A stretch of DNA of 60,313 bases from Macrostomum lignano (lineage: Eukaryota), in NCBI GenBank assembly GCA_002269645.1, contig NIVC01001910.1, positions 1 to 60,313 on the forward strand. The letters are read 5' to 3'. How positions within the stretch are numbered: position 1 is the first letter of the stretch; each line of letters opens with the position of its first letter. The notes beneath the pieces are model-generated. The model searched no databases. It was not told the origin of the DNA and saw nothing but the letters and a program-made list of their open reading frames with translations. Below, piece after piece: positions 57,385-60,313 of the stretch. The position numbers and the translations under genes were made by a program.

Positions 57385-60313
57385 TAATCCATGATAAAGC
57401 ATTTATTAAACAATGAGAAACCTCGTGCTTGCAAGACGTCACAGAATGCTCACTGCTTGCACAGTGATTGGCAGGTGCTCTTAGCTACTGTATATTTGAA
57501 TTGTCAAACAGCACTTACAACTTAAATGTGATCAGTTTCCCTATCTTAAATCTGCAGATAAGACTAATTGCTAAATATAGTTACATACCTGTGATGAGAA
57601 TTTGCAATCCTGCTACAGAAGAAGCACATTGATTTAATGCTTACAGAAGCCTAACTGTATAATACAGCTGTTTATGAAGAGCAAAGGAGATTAGACCAGG
57701 GTCTAAAAACAAAAAGGTATCCTGACAGTGTCGCATGTCCCTCAGCAGAAAAGCTACGAGCCCGGTGCTTAAACATGCAGTGATTCCTCATTGGCATTTT
57801 TATAGGCGCTTGCAGTTGTCCAATCACGGGAGCATGACCTGTTGTGAAAAAGATAAACAGTGAATGAGTGAGCTGACCTTGCAACACTTTCACTGCAGGT
57901 TCCACCTGACTTGATGCAGACTTTCTAAAGAGACACTCCGACACTGAGACACTGAGACACTGAGACACTGAGACACTGATACACTGAGACACTGAGACAC
58001 TCAGACACTGAGACACTGAGACACTGAGACAGTGAGACACTCAGACACTGAGACACAGAGACACTGAGACACTGAGACACTCAGACACTGAGACACTGAG
58101 ACACTGAGACACTGAGACACTCCGACACTGAGACACTGAGACTGTGAGACACTCCGACACTGAGACACTGAGACACTGAGACACTGAGACACTCAGACAC
58201 TCAGACACTGAGACACCGAGACACTGAGACTGTGAGACACTGAGACACTGAGACTGTGAGACAATGAGACAATGAGACAATGAGACAATGAGACAATGAG
58301 ACACAGAGACACTGAGACACTGAGACTCTGAGACACTGAGACACTGAGACACTGAGACACTGAGACACTGAGACACTGAGACACTGAGACACTGAGACAC
58401 TGAGACACTGAGACACTCCGACACTGAGACACTGAGACACTCCGACACTGAGACACTGAGACACTGAGACACTGAGACACTCAGACACTGAGACACTGAG
58501 ACTGTGAGACACTGAGACACTGAGACTGTGAGACAATGAGACAATGAGACAATGAGACAATGAGACACAGAGACACTGAGACACTGAGACTCTGAGACAC
58601 TGAGACACTCAGACACTGAGACACTGAGACTGTGAGACACTGAGACACTGAGACTGTGAGACAATGAGACAATGAGACGATGAGACACTGAGACACTGAG
58701 ACACTCGACACTGAGACACTGAGACACTGAGACACTGAGACACTGAGACACTGAGACACTGAGACACTGAGACACTGAGACACTCAGACACTGAGACACT
58801 GAGACACTAAGACACTCAGACACTGAGACACTGAGATACTGAGACACTGAGACACTGAGACAGTGAGACACTCAGACACTGAGACAGTGAGACAGTGAGA
58901 CACTCAGACACTGAGACAGTGAGACAGTGAGACACTCAGACACTGAGACACTGAGACAGTGAGACACTGAGACACTGAGACACTGAGACACTGAGACACT
59001 CAGACACTGAGACACTGAGACAGTGAGACACTGAGACACTGAGACACTGAGACTGCGAGACACTGAGACACTGAGACTGTGAGACAATGAGACAATGAGA
59101 CGATGAGACACTGAGACACTGAGACACTGAGACACTGAAACACTGAGACACTGAGACAGTGAGACACTGAGACAGTGAGACACTGAGACACTGAGACTGT
59201 GAGACAATGAGACAATGAGACAATGAGACACTGAGACACTGAGACACTGAGACTGTGAGACAATGAGACAATGAGACGATGAGACACTGAGACACTGAGA
59301 CACTCCGACACTGAGACACTGAGACACTGAGACACTGAGACACTGAGACACTGAGACACTGAGACACTGAGACACTCAGACACTGAGACACTGAGACACT
59401 GAGACACTGAGACACTGAGACACTGAGACACTCAGACACTGAGACACTGAGACACTAAGACACTCAGACACTGAGACACTGAGACACTGAGACAGTGAGA
59501 CACTGAGACACTGAGACACTGAGACACTGAGACACTGAGACACTGAGACACTGAGACAGGGAGACACTGAGACACTGAGACTGTGAGACAATGAGACAAT
59601 GAGACAATGAGACAATGAGACAATGAGACACTGAGACACTGAGACTGTGAGACAATGAGACAATGAGACGATGAGACACTGAGACACTGAGACACTCCGA
59701 CACTGAGACACTGAGACACTGAGACACTGAGACACTGAGACTGTGAGACACTGAGACACTGAGACTGTGAGACAATGAGACAATGAGACAATGAGACAAT
59801 GAGACACAGAGACACTGAGACACTGAGACTCTGAGACACTGAGACACTGAGACACTGAGACACTGAGACACAGTGCTGAGACCGAGACTAATGGGTCTAC
59901 AAGTATAAAAAGGCACTCACTTGGCTTGCGGAAACTCAGTCCTGCAATCGGTGATAGGTGTACACAGAGGCGAATGAGTCGTTGTCGGCTCCACAGGTCT
60001 GTGTGTAGCTTCCTCCACAACGGCGATTGCAATAGTGATCATCCATTTTTTGTCCCTCGGTTAAGCAGTTTTAGTGTCTCTACACGAGTAACAGTCTATT
60101 TCCTTTACTTAAAGCCGAATGCAGTTTTGTCCCTTACATATGCTGTGCACAGATAAGCGCAGTGCTCGACCGTCATGTCCTTAGACTTTTGGCCCTCTCT
60201 TAGGAACTTGCCGTGCCCGTAAAGCAGCCAACATATTTCGCTGTAAAAAAGAATTAATAGCAAGAAAAAAATTTGAGCACAAAGTCTCATTGACAACAGT
60301 TATGCATGGTTTA
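57385..60313. repeat. Segmental duplicate of 48295-49709, with the gagacact satellite expanded to ~57920-59870
   Basis: Both copies begin taatccatgataaagc and stay colinear to the window end. Confidence 0.95.
59936..60240 (-). pseudogene. Second copy of the WSC exon with several indels (pseudogene or low-quality consensus)
   Basis: Versus 49338-49636: one A lost (cccgtaaag), extra T/A in runs, and cacgag/agtctatt changes that break the frame. Confidence 0.7.

Overview
Repeat-rich invertebrate nuclear DNA, not prokaryotic. Style (GC-rich exons, minisatellite-filled introns) suggests a free-living flatworm such as Macrostomum; this is inference only. Hand splicing supports these genes: an intronless 409-aa orphan; three intronless type-I membrane paralogs, each with one BCMA/TACI-like cysteine-rich domain; a 5-exon minus-strand gene fusing ~18-20 ankyrin repeats to a Mab-21/cGAS-like NTase (cGLR), with one frame break in exon 4; a head-to-head 4-exon TRIM-NHL gene; a 5-exon RGS gene; and a 3-exon secreted WSC protein with a damaged second copy. 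Mobile DNA: foldback-type Mutator, deleted Ty3/gypsy remnant, degenerate Crypton recombinase, BEL/Pao gag-pro remnant, tRNA-derived SINEs, and a ~410-bp inverted repeat. More than 25 tandem-repeat arrays account for most long ORFs in the track. The most interesting signal is a putative innate-immune cluster at ~5-28 kb (TNFR-like x3, ANK-cGLR, TRIM-NHL). All family calls are from motif recognition by eye, without database searches. Many frame breaks lie in homopolymers and may be assembly errors.
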